A stretch of DNA of 63,976 nt, filler included, from Trypethelium eluteriae (taxonomy: Eukaryota), in NCBI GenBank assembly GCA_051942245.1. It is 4 parts of 4 records of this genome, joined end to end, with 100 filler letters (N's around TTAATTAATTAA, not from the genome) between each part and the next. Parts side by side here need not be neighbours in the genome. Positions count along the whole stretch, not along the records: positions 1 to 16,865 come from JAVECL010000610.1; 3 more parts are not named here. One strand, written 5' to 3'. Made by a program: the position numbers and the translations under genes. Numbering within the stretch: the stretch's first letter is position 1; every line of letters begins with the position of its first letter. Below are positions 1 to 10,832 of the stretch, piece after piece. The notes under the pieces were generated by a model. That model was not told where the DNA came from and did not search any database. It saw only the letters and a list, made by a program, of their open reading frames with translations.

Positions 1-1
1 C

Positions 2-1036
2 CTCCAACCCATCAAGTCCATCTGCGCCGCCCTCAAACCCATCCACGCCGCCTTCGTCCGCGCCTTCGACGCCCAACAGCACCGCCACGCCCAAGACGCC
101 GAACACCGCGCCCGCCTCGCTGCCCGCGCGGCTGAGACAGACGGTGCTGCGGCGATCCGCGCTCGTCGCGAGCGCGAGCGTCAAGATGAGCACCTCGCGG
201 AGATCTGGCGCGTCTTGCGCACTGTCCGCGCTCTCGTGGAGCCGTCTGCGGCAAGGAAGCCGCGGTTTGCGGTCCCGGCTGAGGAGGATGAGGAGGAGGA
301 GGAGTGGGACTCTGATGTTAATGGCGGTGGTGGCTCTGCTGACAACAACGACGATGATGGGGGCGGTGAGAGCGAGGTCGATGACGAAGACGATGATGAC
401 GAGGAAAACATGTACGATGGAGATGATGATGACGTTGTTTATGGTGAAAATGAGGATGCGGCGGTCGTATACGACGAGCATGGCGAGCAAGGAGAGCGCG
501 TCTCCATTTTCGGGGCGTGGCTTCCTCCTCCTCCACCGAGCAATGGCGACGCTGCTGATGCTGATGCTGATGCTGATGCTGACTCTGGTGTTGACGTTGA
601 TGCTGACACCGGTGCTGATGCGAGCGCCGACGTGTCCGCGAGCGCGGCACAGCGACTACGACGCAGGCGGCAGGAGGCGCGGCGGCAGAGGATGAGAAGA
701 GGCAGGGCCAGGGAAAGGAGGAGAGCGACAGGCGCCAACTGGACGCAGGAAGAGAAGTGGGCGCTACAACGAGCGCTGAAGGCGTATACGGCTCTGCCGG
801 CAGGTGCGCCAGCGCGGCGGGGCGTGGGGAAGGAGGTCGCGACGTGGCCGTTCCAATATGTGTTCCGGCAGTGTTGCGGGTATCAGAAGGCGCTGCGGGA
901 GAAGGATGCGTTGGAGATTGTGAAGGTTGCAGGGCGGTTTCGGGAATTTAAGTTGAGGGAGGCGCAGAGGAGTGGGGAGGAGGTGGAGGCGTGGGTGAAG
1001 GAGATTCCGATGATTAAATGGAGGAAGGGGTTGTAA
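2..1036 (+). CDS. Hypothetical protein, 5'-truncated at window start; acidic tract and a short SANT/Myb-like segment
   Basis: Frame is open from base 2 (LQPIKSICAALKP...) through ORF 215..1036 to TAA. Contains a D/E-rich tract, (GCTGAT)n encoding an AD repeat, and NWTQEEKWALQRALKAY, which resembles the first helix of a SANT/Myb domain. Confidence 0.6.
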   Translation, partial: LQPIKSICAALKPIHAAFVRAFDAQQHRHAQDAEHRARLAARAAETDGAAAIRARRERERQDEHLAEIWRVLRTVRALVEPSAARKPRFAVPAEEDEEEEEWDSDVNGGGGSADNNDDDGGGESEVDDEDDDDEENMYDGDDDDVVYGENEDAAVVYDEHGEQGERVSIFGAWLPPPPPSNGDAADADADADADSGVDVDADTGADASADVSASAAQRLRRRRQEARRQRMRRGRARERRRATGANWTQEEKWALQRALKAYTALPAGAPARRGVGKEVATWPFQYVFRQCCGYQKALREKDALEIVKVAGRFREFKLREAQRSGEEVEAWVKEIPMIKWRKGL

Positions 1037-1740
1037 AGATGAAATGGTTTGGTTCCGTGCTTTGAGGGAGCTAGAAGGGTGAAGGGAGATGTTGCTTTTA
1101 CGATATCACGAATGTAAAATAGGGCTCAGTTGGATGCGAAGAGTAAGGTGTTCGTAAATAGGAAATTGATTGCTGCAGGGCTGGCTTCGCGGTGCGGCTC
1201 TGTGGTGCCGTCGTGTGAGACCACGTTATCTTGCATACTCCAGTGTGACACTAATTTGCTCATCAGCGAGCCTAAGCAAGCGTTACGAATCAAGTCTATG
1301 GTTTGCATTGCTCGAAAAATCAACTAGAACCCGGACCCGCCCCATATATCGTCAGACTTCTTATGAAGCCAGAGTAAACATGAAAGAAATGTTGATTGCC
1401 GAGACCCCGCCGTTTCGGGATATGTGCCGTATGTGCCATCTACAGCTCGAGCTCAAAAAAGAATGTGGGAGAAGATGCTATAGTAAAATGCTGTGCAGCT
1501 GAAAAATCAAGATAACAAGGAAAATATTCACATGAATGAATTTGGACACATTTTGTTATTCGTCCCATTAGTCCCGCATCTCGCAGAAGAGCAAGAGAGC
1601 AATGAAGACATGAAGGGATAGGCTAATGAAGCAAAGGGAAGGGTCATGCATTGTCGTGACAAAGAAATGGGGGGAGATGAAGAAAAAATAGAAGAAACAA
1701 AAGAAGAAGGCGCCGGCCCTGGGAGACCGGTCCACGCATG

Positions 1741-3569
1741 TCACCTGAGCCAGTCGTCGGATACTTCACCAAGGTTGGTAGAGGAATTGCTCCAGGACGG
1801 TAGACCATGGGGTTGAGTGTACATTGACTTGTGTGACTTCTCGGAAGAGGGAGTGGGCGGGAGGAGGGCGGTGCCAGGGAAATCAGTACCCTCGAAGTCG
1901 TCGATAGATAAGGTATTGCCCACTGGCCAATTACTCGGTTCGTCAACGCTATTGTTGACAGCAAGGTTGTTTGCATCACCGCCGTACACTTCTGATGCGT
2001 TCATTTCGTAGCTCAGACCGAGATCCTTGAGCCACTCATTTGTGTTGGCAGTGAGATTGACATTACTGTCAAGGGTTGCCTGGGCAGATTGGCTGGTGGT
2101 CACCGGAAAGTTGGGAGAGCTTCTAGGCTGGCTGGTGAGATTTTGGTATGGCACGGAGGGTTGGTTCAAAGATGCGGGGCGTCCATTGGTGATACTCGTA
2201 CTCATTTGATTGCTGATGCTTTCCTTTTGGTAGTCTTTGAATGGGCTGTGGGTACTACCGAGTGATGAGGCCTGTGGTCCCGAGAAGCTTGGCATGCTCC
2301 AGCGATTGTTCGAAGGCTCGTTCAAATTAAGATTCTCCGTCAGGCTGAGGTTCTCCCAAGGACTAAGCTCATTGGCTGCAACTGGCTGAGAGCCCGTGCT
2401 TGGTGGGCCACTGAGCTGTTGCGCGAGCAACGCATCTTCAAAGCCAAATGCATCGTCAATCTCGGACTGCGGCCCTGAAGACGATGTATTAGTCAAAGCC
2501 GGTTGCGTTGGGAGGCTATTATTCCCATGGGCCCATGAAAGAGGGTCAGACTCAGACCGGTTCCGATTCCCAATGGGTAGATCATTGCCAGTCCAGGGCC
2601 ACATGTCAGGTCCCAGGCTTGTAGCTGATAGTAGTCCTACATCGCTGTCCTGGCAAGAGATATTTGTATCGATCCAGGTGGCAGATGATTGCTCAGGAAT
2701 AGTGCCACTCAGGTATGGGATGTCTAAAGAGGCTGTGCCGGGTTGCGATGTCGAACCTTGTCCATCCAACGGCGGAGTATTCATGAAAGGCCGAAGTAGT
2801 GGGGATGTCTGTTCAGATTTGCTCATCCTACGTTCCGTCTTGATCCCCTCAGGGAAGCTCGGTGTTTGTGGAGTAGTGATGTCACGCTCGAAAGAATCCA
2901 AGGTAGGCAAGCTCTCGGTTGAATGATGAGCGACAACATTGAAAGTTCCGGGGGCTGGGTGGAAGTTTGGGATACGGTATGGGACACCACATTCGTGAGC
3001 GGCGTTGTTGTTTCTATGAACAGGCTTGTGGTGTCCATTCTGGAAGACAGTCATGTGATGTTCGGAAGAAGAAGTCTGAAATAGCCGGGGTCGACGAGAG
3101 GTGGGCGGTGGTGGCATGGAAAATACAGGTTGTGCCTCTGCAGTATCCGACTTGAGAGCGCAGACACATTTGCCGGTCTCATGGCATTGACAATTTTCGA
3201 GGTCCAATGGCTGAGAATCATGGTTGTGTTCGTGCGCACTGTTTGGAGGAGATTGGCTTTTCGGAGGTATGCCCTTCTTGAGGTGGCAGCATTTTTCCTT
3301 TGCAGTATGCGCCTTTTCCCCACAATCACATTTGACATGCGCTGAGCGCTCTTTGCGTAGAATGCGGCAATGATGACATTGAGAGACGGGACGACCTTTC
3401 TTGGCAATGTGCTTGAGTTCCCGATCTGCACACACGGTGGGGTCAGGAAATGTGTCGAGATAGTGAAGGGTAGCCAATGCCACTTACCAATGTGAGTACA
3501 ATTGCTCACACGATGCCCTCGGATGCAGGGCTCGCAAGCCCATTTCTCGCCGTCTGCATCCAGTACCAT
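1741..3569 (-). CDS. Copper-fist transcription factor, Ace1/Haa1 family (~588 aa); exons 3569-3488, 3425-1741
   Basis: Spliced N-terminus MVLDADGEKWACEPCIRGHRVSNCTHI|DRELKHIAKKGRPVSQCHHCR...CDC is a copper-fist domain with the KGRP motif. Second Cys cluster CQCHETGKCVC and NGHHKPVH...AHECG motif follow. Intron 3487-3426 is GTAAGT...TGCAG and restores the frame. Confidence 0.92.
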
Positions 3570-4054
3570 GCCTTGGATAGGTGGAATCGGCAATGGGTCG
3601 CGATCGACAGCGGTGAACGCTCAGTAGCAGTGGAGGAGGGTGGGCGGTCGCAGCAGGCAGGCAGATAAGCAGATCATATAAGATTGGTGCCGGGGTCGGC
3701 CTCGATCACAGACGGTACGGTATGAGTTTCAGAAAGTTTGAAGTAGACTTCAAGGGTGATGGATGGTGCAGCAAAGAATCCGTGAACGCCGTCGCAAGCA
3801 GTGAACGCCGAGAAAAGAGGACACGATGGGTCAGAGTCTGCGAGCAAGGCCAAGCACAGCACCGTGAAGGTGCTGGCCGTCGAAGTGGCCGAATAGGTTC
3901 TGGGGGCGACCAAAATGGATGCAGCTGATGATGGAGGCAGGAATGGAAGGGAGAAGAATAGGTAAGGTAGGTAGAGGCGTGGAGGGGTGGCACGAGTGGG
4001 GACGTGGACGGCCAGTGGCCACGATGGCGTGGAGGGGATCGCTGGGCGCGCACG

Positions 4055-4094
4055 CACACTCACTCACTCACACTCACTCACTCACTCACTCACT
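4055..4094. repeat. (CACT)n microsatellite upstream of the copper-fist TF
   Basis: About 9 near-perfect CACT units, read directly from the sequence. Confidence 0.85.
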
Positions 4095-5295
4095 GCACTC
4101 TAGGTCTAGCATGCCATGCCTCATGGCACTCCTGCTACCAGTTGCCCGGACGGAGTACTCATCATCTCATGGCACTCACCACACTGATGGGTGGCACTGA
4201 TGCACGATGGTTTGACCGTGTGTGGCAGCGCTCGACCGCTAACCCCCATTCGGCATCTCCTCTCAAACGTGGATGGTAAAGAAGTCGTCCAAACCGCTTG
4301 GCCATCGTTCGTCCCGACAATTCTTCCCACTTCTTGCCCCTCTGCCGCCGGCTCAATCACTGGCTTCCAGTAAGGTGAGTAACTTTTGCCTAGCGATAGC
4401 CCAGAAACCCCCCATCGGGACATCAGGGACACCTCGAGCTTGAGGTTTGCGACTGTCTTCGTATCATTGCATCACTCCTACCTGTACCTCCCTCAGCCGC
4501 CATGGGATCCCATCGCTGCGACTGCCTCTCTTCGAGTCAGAAATCCATCGAATCCAATCGGTGATGACCATGGCGTCGTTCGAGCTGCAGCCCCTCGCCG
4601 CAAACGCATGTCGCCGTCCGTCATCGCCCGTCAGCCGTCATCTTATTCCATGTCTCCTCCCGCCGCTCGGCCGGCTACCAACAGCTTTCTAAGCGGCTTG
4701 TTTTCGAGATCTGCTTCACTTGCTACGCACAGATAGGCTCAGATTTAGGTTCGGATGCTGACAGAACCTGGCTCCACAGCATCGTGAACACAAGTTTGCC
4801 TCTATGTCTAATTTCAAAGCGTTGCTCATACTTTACTTGTGTAATCACACCCCTAGCAAGGGTGGTGGCAATCTGACAGAGGGCACATATCACTCAGTCC
4901 AGACTATGATTTGAACCTGAGTTTAAATCTCTTTGTGCGCCGCTGAATGTAGTGATACCATGTTGTATATACAGTGTCCAATCTGTACGTAGCTACGCTC
5001 TCGTCCCTGTCCCTTGTCCATCGTGTAGATCAATCTGTATCCCAAACAGCGATGAACGCCCACCGCTTAAGAAGGCCGGCTCATTCGCTGTAAACGCCTT
5101 GCCGGTCGATGGGTAACAAAAGCCCTCTTGGTATAATCCAAAACAGTAACAATCCACTCTTTGAACGAAAACAATCAAATCAGAAGACGAACGCCCAAGT
5201 CTATGCTGATGTAGTACGAAGACGTGTGGAATGGCAAATAAAACGATAAGGTGACAAACACCTAGATACAGAGGTGGACTGACAGCGTGGTTCCC

Positions 5296-8252
5296 TCACC
5301 TGGACCATCCACTGCTGCCACCTCGGCGACTTCCTCGACCCGAGCTTCCCTTCGTGCTTGAATTATCGTCACTTTTTGTTCTGGCGAAGGCGCCGAAGTC
5401 ACTCATTGCGAACAAGAGCGGCTCTCCATCGTCCTCTGTAGCAGCTTGTTGAACGGTAGGCGCCGCCGTCGCAGGTCGTGAAGAAAGCCGTCCACCACGG
5501 TCAGACGAAGCCGCCGAGCCGGCCCCAATACTGGAGGAGCTCGCATTGCCAGAAGACAGTCGACCACGGCTACTGAGGCTGGTGCGGGACCGGATGGGGA
5601 AAGAGCCACCAGCGCTTGAGCGGCGACTTCTCTCTTGGGGCTCATGCGCGGTGGGGCGATGTTGAGACTGGACCCGATCAATGCTTGGGTCGTGTGCATA
5701 CATGTGTTGTTGGGGAAGCATCTCTGCTCCACCTGGTGGAAGCTCGGGTCCGTAGGTGGGCTGCTGCAGTTGAAGAAGTTCACTGAGACTGAGGTCGCCG
5801 CGCTCTTCCGCGGGCAGGCTGGTGCTACGCATCTCGAACGATAACATGTCGTCTCCTCCGTAAGCCCGATGTTGCTGTGCTAGTGAGCTGGATCGGCGAC
5901 CATGAGAATAGAGCCTCGGCGATGTTGGAATATCGATGGCGTTCGTAGCTCCATCGCCCGGAATTTCGTCCGGATCTCTCAAGTCTCGCCTACCTGATTC
6001 TCTCTCATGAACAGTATCCCTCACGTGCGGAGTGTAGTTTGCGCTTAGTCGTGAAGGAACCGCTGGAGTATGAGGTGTGTGCGGGGAAATTGGTTTACCC
6101 GGGGATGATGAAGTTGACACAGAAGTTCCAGCCATCATGGGTGGTACACTAGACAATTGTCGGCTGGAGGACGTCGAGGACCGATGAAGCTGCATTGAAG
6201 TAGATAAGCTGTCAGATAGTGCTGCGTTGGAGTCGCGCATGCGCTGGTACTTGGACAAGGCGGCAGCTGTTCGCCTAGTCGAGTTTTCGCGAGCATTGGA
6301 ATCTGTGCGGCTGAAGCTTTTCAAGTCTTTCTTTTGCTCCAAGAGCTTTAGGAAGTCAGAGATGTTCTCCTCGTCCGTCTGAACGGAGCCAGAGCTTCCA
6401 CCATCGCCTTCGTTGAGCACACCTGACCCGGGTTGCGCGGAAGACGTCAGACTTCCTTTACCACTACTATTGTTGTCATCTTCAGTTTTACTCCCTCCAC
6501 CTGACGAGAGTCGACTTCTCCTATGACCAAAACTGCTACTGTACCTCGAAATCGGTGCTGGCTTTGGAGAACTTGACGTAGAGGAGGAAATGGCGGTCTC
6601 ATTAGGCAAAGCCGCAGTTCTTAGCGCTGCCTGTGGGAGGGTTGTAATCGAATTCCTATTCTTTGCGTGTGACGGTGCATTCGGGATAGTCGCCTTGCCT
6701 ACAGAACTTCCCGGAGAGGGAGGAACATGTGGCGACGAAGACAGAGACCCTGCTTTGAACGGTTGAAACGACACAGAGGCCCGCCGTTGAAAGTTTGGAG
6801 CGCCTTCATTTGAACGAAGAGAAGACTTGGATCCCGTAGCAATGCGATGGTTGGGAGGAATTTTCTGAGGAGGTGATGCAGTAGGCGACGGCGAGGTTGG
6901 TGAAGCATTATCTCTCGCAGCCCGCAAAGCAGATGTGGGACTTGATCTTGCTGGAATGCCAGCTTGATGGAAAGTCCCCAAACTGCCGTAGGCCTGACCC
7001 TTATCCGCTCGATCTTCGAAATGTTCTTGCTGAACTGGTAGTGACCCAATCTCTTTGCCCTTTTGCGCGTGTATGTGCCCGCGGTCCTTGGCTTCTAGCG
7101 ATGGTCTGAAATACTGGTCGTCTAATCCCATGAATTGAGAACTCAATAAAGACTCGGCGTCATCAGTGCGAAAGTTGCAATTGGTGCGATATCCGACCTG
7201 GATATTCATCGGTCCAGCACCTGTAATGATCGGCGCCCAAACGTATTCACCGGTGACTGGCTCGGTACTGGTGTACAAAGGTACATCAAGGGTATCTTTC
7301 CACGGACTATCACGGAAACCATTGCGGATCCGATAATTGAGTCGCACCATGTTGTGGCTCGCGGGTTTTCGTGCCATCCGCCTCTGATACTTCCAAGCAG
7401 GAAGAAGCCTGGAATAGGTGTACAACGACCTAAACAGCACCACACTTTTCTTATATATATTGGGAAGCGAATCAGTCATTTCCGTGGTTGGCAATGACGA
7501 TGCATCTCCAAGTTCGAGCTTCCATCGCTCAAGAACAATTTGCGCTTCTTTTCCGCCCCGACTCGCATAACGTCCCGACGAATGTTCAGACTGCTTCAAA
7601 GCCTCGCATGCATCCCAGCGCTTTCCATGCTCGTCAGTTATAGACAGTGTTTGGTTTCCGGTGAGGTCAGATGTGTCGATAAAGATCTCTATAATGAGGG
7701 GTGGCGGTCGCTCTTCAAAGATGTTTGCATTTCTCCAGTCGTCGATTTCTTCGGCAAGTGCAGCTGCATCGTCGAGAGTAGTATTAAACTAAAAGAAGAA
7801 TTAGTTTGATTTCGGAGTTGCCCATTTCAAGCGAGCCGATATCTCTGTTGCTCGATATACTCTTAGCCATCACTTACCCATTTTGTCTGCCTGATATCAC
7901 CAGTTCTTGTGTAGGCATGCTCCAAGGTGACCCTAGAAGAGATAATCATCAAGGCAGCTTTTGAATAGAATTGCTACAGGTTTTCAGCGGCATTATGGTA
8001 AAGTGACATGACACATAGGGTGGCTACCTGAATGACTTGGTTCAACTTTGCATCGTCTCTGGTCTGTCCAGGCAAACGCTCATCCGCAACAGGTTCCGCA
8101 TAACCTTCCCCACCCACCCGCTCGTTGTAAGACATACTTGAAGGCGAACGATCAACTCTATGTTCTCTCGGGTTATTTGTCCTGGTCGGATTCGTCTGTG
8201 GGGAGCTTGCTGCTGAGGCTGCCCTCGGTGCTAGTCGAGGATGTTGATGCAT
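5296..8252 (-). CDS. ATG13: Autophagy-related protein 13 (~937 aa); exons 8252-8028, 7973-7878, 7788-5296
   Basis: HORMA-domain signatures KLNQVIQQFYSKAA...KWFN...PPLIIEIFID...IVLERW...YKKSVVLFRSLYTYSRLLPAW, then a long Ser-rich tail with ISDFLKLLE and EPLLFAMSD. Two GT-AG introns keep the frame. Confidence 0.95.
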
Positions 8253-9419
8253 AGGAACCAGAGCTAGAGCAGAGAACACCGATCCTCCACCCAGAATGAG
8301 CGTAAAAAACGGTCAAGGAGAAAGGGCGAGGTTGCTATGAGTAGGGAAGAAATGGTCTATCGTAGGGCGAATCCATCTCAACGTCCTTGGATGACACCAG
8401 TGATTGTTCCTGCTGTGGGCAGCTGGCTACTCCAATAGGCACGAGCCTTGTCCAAAGCGTATGCAGGGACCCAGTGGAGCTATAGCCGGCTCAGGCAACA
8501 GTCATGGCGGATGGCGGGGTGTGTATGTACTGTCGCCTGAGGCTGGAGAGGGTGCCTGGTCACGGTAAATTCTATGGCTGAAGTTGGGATCGAAATGAGA
8601 TGGTGAAACAATGGTAATTAGGTTTGTCGCGATGCACGGGGATGATTGCGGATCAGAAGAACAGCTCCAAGATTGGGCGTGATCAATCCTCGAGGCGCTC
8701 CATGTGACGCATAGATCTCGGATGACCGATTGCGGCGGCTGTGACTAATAGTGCAGTGCTCGAAGGGAAGGATGGAACCAAGTGACTCTCAGGCGAGACC
8801 AAATCCCAGGACGAGAAGCCGATTGAAAAGGGAGAGAAAAAGGAAGACAGATGGCGCAATAAGGTTGAGGGATGTTTGAGGGCGGCAAGCTGCTACTGGA
8901 TGGACTCTGGTGAGGTCAAGTCGGTGATGTTAGGCCCGCTGCCGCAAGCGAGGACCTTGCACCTGGTATCTTGGGTATACCTTGGACTACTTGGCTTCAA
9001 CCGTTGGCTCCCACCTGCTGGCCCTGTCACTCCCGATCATTATCTAGCTCCCCTGCGGGCCACAGTCCTCATAACATACCTAAAGCACGTTCTCAGAAAT
9101 TACTAATATATGTCACTTGAATAGGTGAAGCTTGATGTCAAACCCCGAATGCACGTCATGTGGAGGCGTGTGCACTAGTAAAGCTTGTGCATGTCTGTAC
9201 AAAACTTTGGTAGTACAGCGTTACGACGTATCTTTGTTGGGAACGCCAGCCACACCATTCCTCATTTAGCCCGTCCCTGTCGAGACGATCCTATGACGGA
9301 CCCTTGACGAGATCCATCTAAAATGTCGCGAGTCCTACCCAACATAGGTACATGACGCGCTGCAAGTTGAGACAGACTACCTATACTCGGTCTGCCGAGT
9401 AATCACGTTATATAAACTC

Positions 9420-10497
9420 CTATTTCTTCTCCTCTTCTTTCTTCGGCTCCGGCTTTGGGGTTGGCAGTTGAAACTGTACAAAGTTCGAAGTCAGCTTGTG
9501 GAATTGTAGGCTATATGGTTAGGATTGTGTACCTGGTCAGGTTTCCGATCACGTCCAGGCCCAACTTGCTCCCAGGCGGCACTACCTCCTGATATTTGTT
9601 AGCTCGGTTTGAAGCTGAAGGGCGGAGTCAGCCTACCCTCAAAGTTGCGAAATGCTTGTGTCAGTTCCAGAGGTTCGACGACGATTCGCTTCTTTTCTTC
9701 GTCATATCTGATCTCAGTATAACCGGTCATTGGGAAGTCCTTCCGCAGTGGGTGTCCATCAAAACCGTAGTCCGTCATGATCCGTCTTAAATCAGGATGA
9801 TTTGTGAAGAAGACACCAAACAGGTCATAAACCTCTCGCTCGTACCAATTTGCACCATCATATAAAGAAGTGATACTAGGAACTGGCGTGGCTTCATCCG
9901 CATACGTCTTCACCCTAATGCGGGAATTGTGACGGATACTAAGCAAATTGTAAACAACTTCAAACCGCTGGTCTCGAGTTGGATAGTCGACCGCTGTGAT
10001 GTCGGAAATTTGGGTGAATTCGGCAGCATGGTGGTATTTCAGGAAAGAGAATACGGGGATGACTCCTGAGGGAGGAATATAGATTGTGAGCTCATCCTTC
10101 CAGACGGAGAACCTGTAGAGAAATCAATCCCTGCCGATCAGATATGATATGTCCGTCTTACTGCTGAATGAATTTGGGAAGACACGATAAGAGGTATTGG
10201 CCATAAGTGTGTAGATTTTTGCCCTTGTCTTCGTACTTGTCTGCAGGATTTACGATTGGAACATGTTTAGTGCCTTGAGCTCCCCGTTGAGCGTGCTGTT
10301 TTCAAATATTAGTAGTGTTCTAATTAGGATCGAGGTCTCTTAGTCGGAGGACTTGCCCTCAGGTTTGGCAACTCCGACACATCTGAGGCGAGTTCTTTGG
10401 ATCGTAAACAGGTGGTCGCAAACGTTTTGGCAGGCGATGAAGCGCCAGGATGAGCGACCGACCACAGTCCCTTTCGTCTGCAGAGTCGAAGAGCCAT
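9420..10497 (-). CDS. NDUFS3: NADH:ubiquinone oxidoreductase 30-kDa subunit (NuoC/NDUFS3 homolog), mitochondrial precursor (~286 aa); exons 10497-10357, 10295-10162, 10112-9637, 9588-9533, 9473-9420
   Basis: [38 protein letters not shown] and [21 protein letters not shown] (complex I 30-kDa signature). Arg-rich presequence MALRLCRRK. Four introns join to 861 nt; intron 1 needs a GC donor. Confidence 0.96.
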
Positions 10498-10832
10498 GCT
10501 GAGCAGAGAGGATTGAAAACTGGTGCGCTGTGACGATGATGGTACGACTTGCAGATGTCGGATCAAGTCGACGCGCCGATTCGGGGATAGCGCAGTGAAG
10601 CCGTCTCCTTGTAAAGTGCAAGGTTCGCGGGTCTCCTACACCTCGACAACACATCACTCCCTCACCAACACGACTTTCGCATAGCCTTCTCTGTGACCTG
10701 TAACTCTAGCCGCCTTTTCACTTCGCCATACGCTTGTACTTATAGACCCTACCTTTCTTCTCACGCTCGCGGTCGGCCTTCATCCTGACCGCCACCACCT
10801 GCAATCCTGGCATCCACTAATCATTCCCAATC

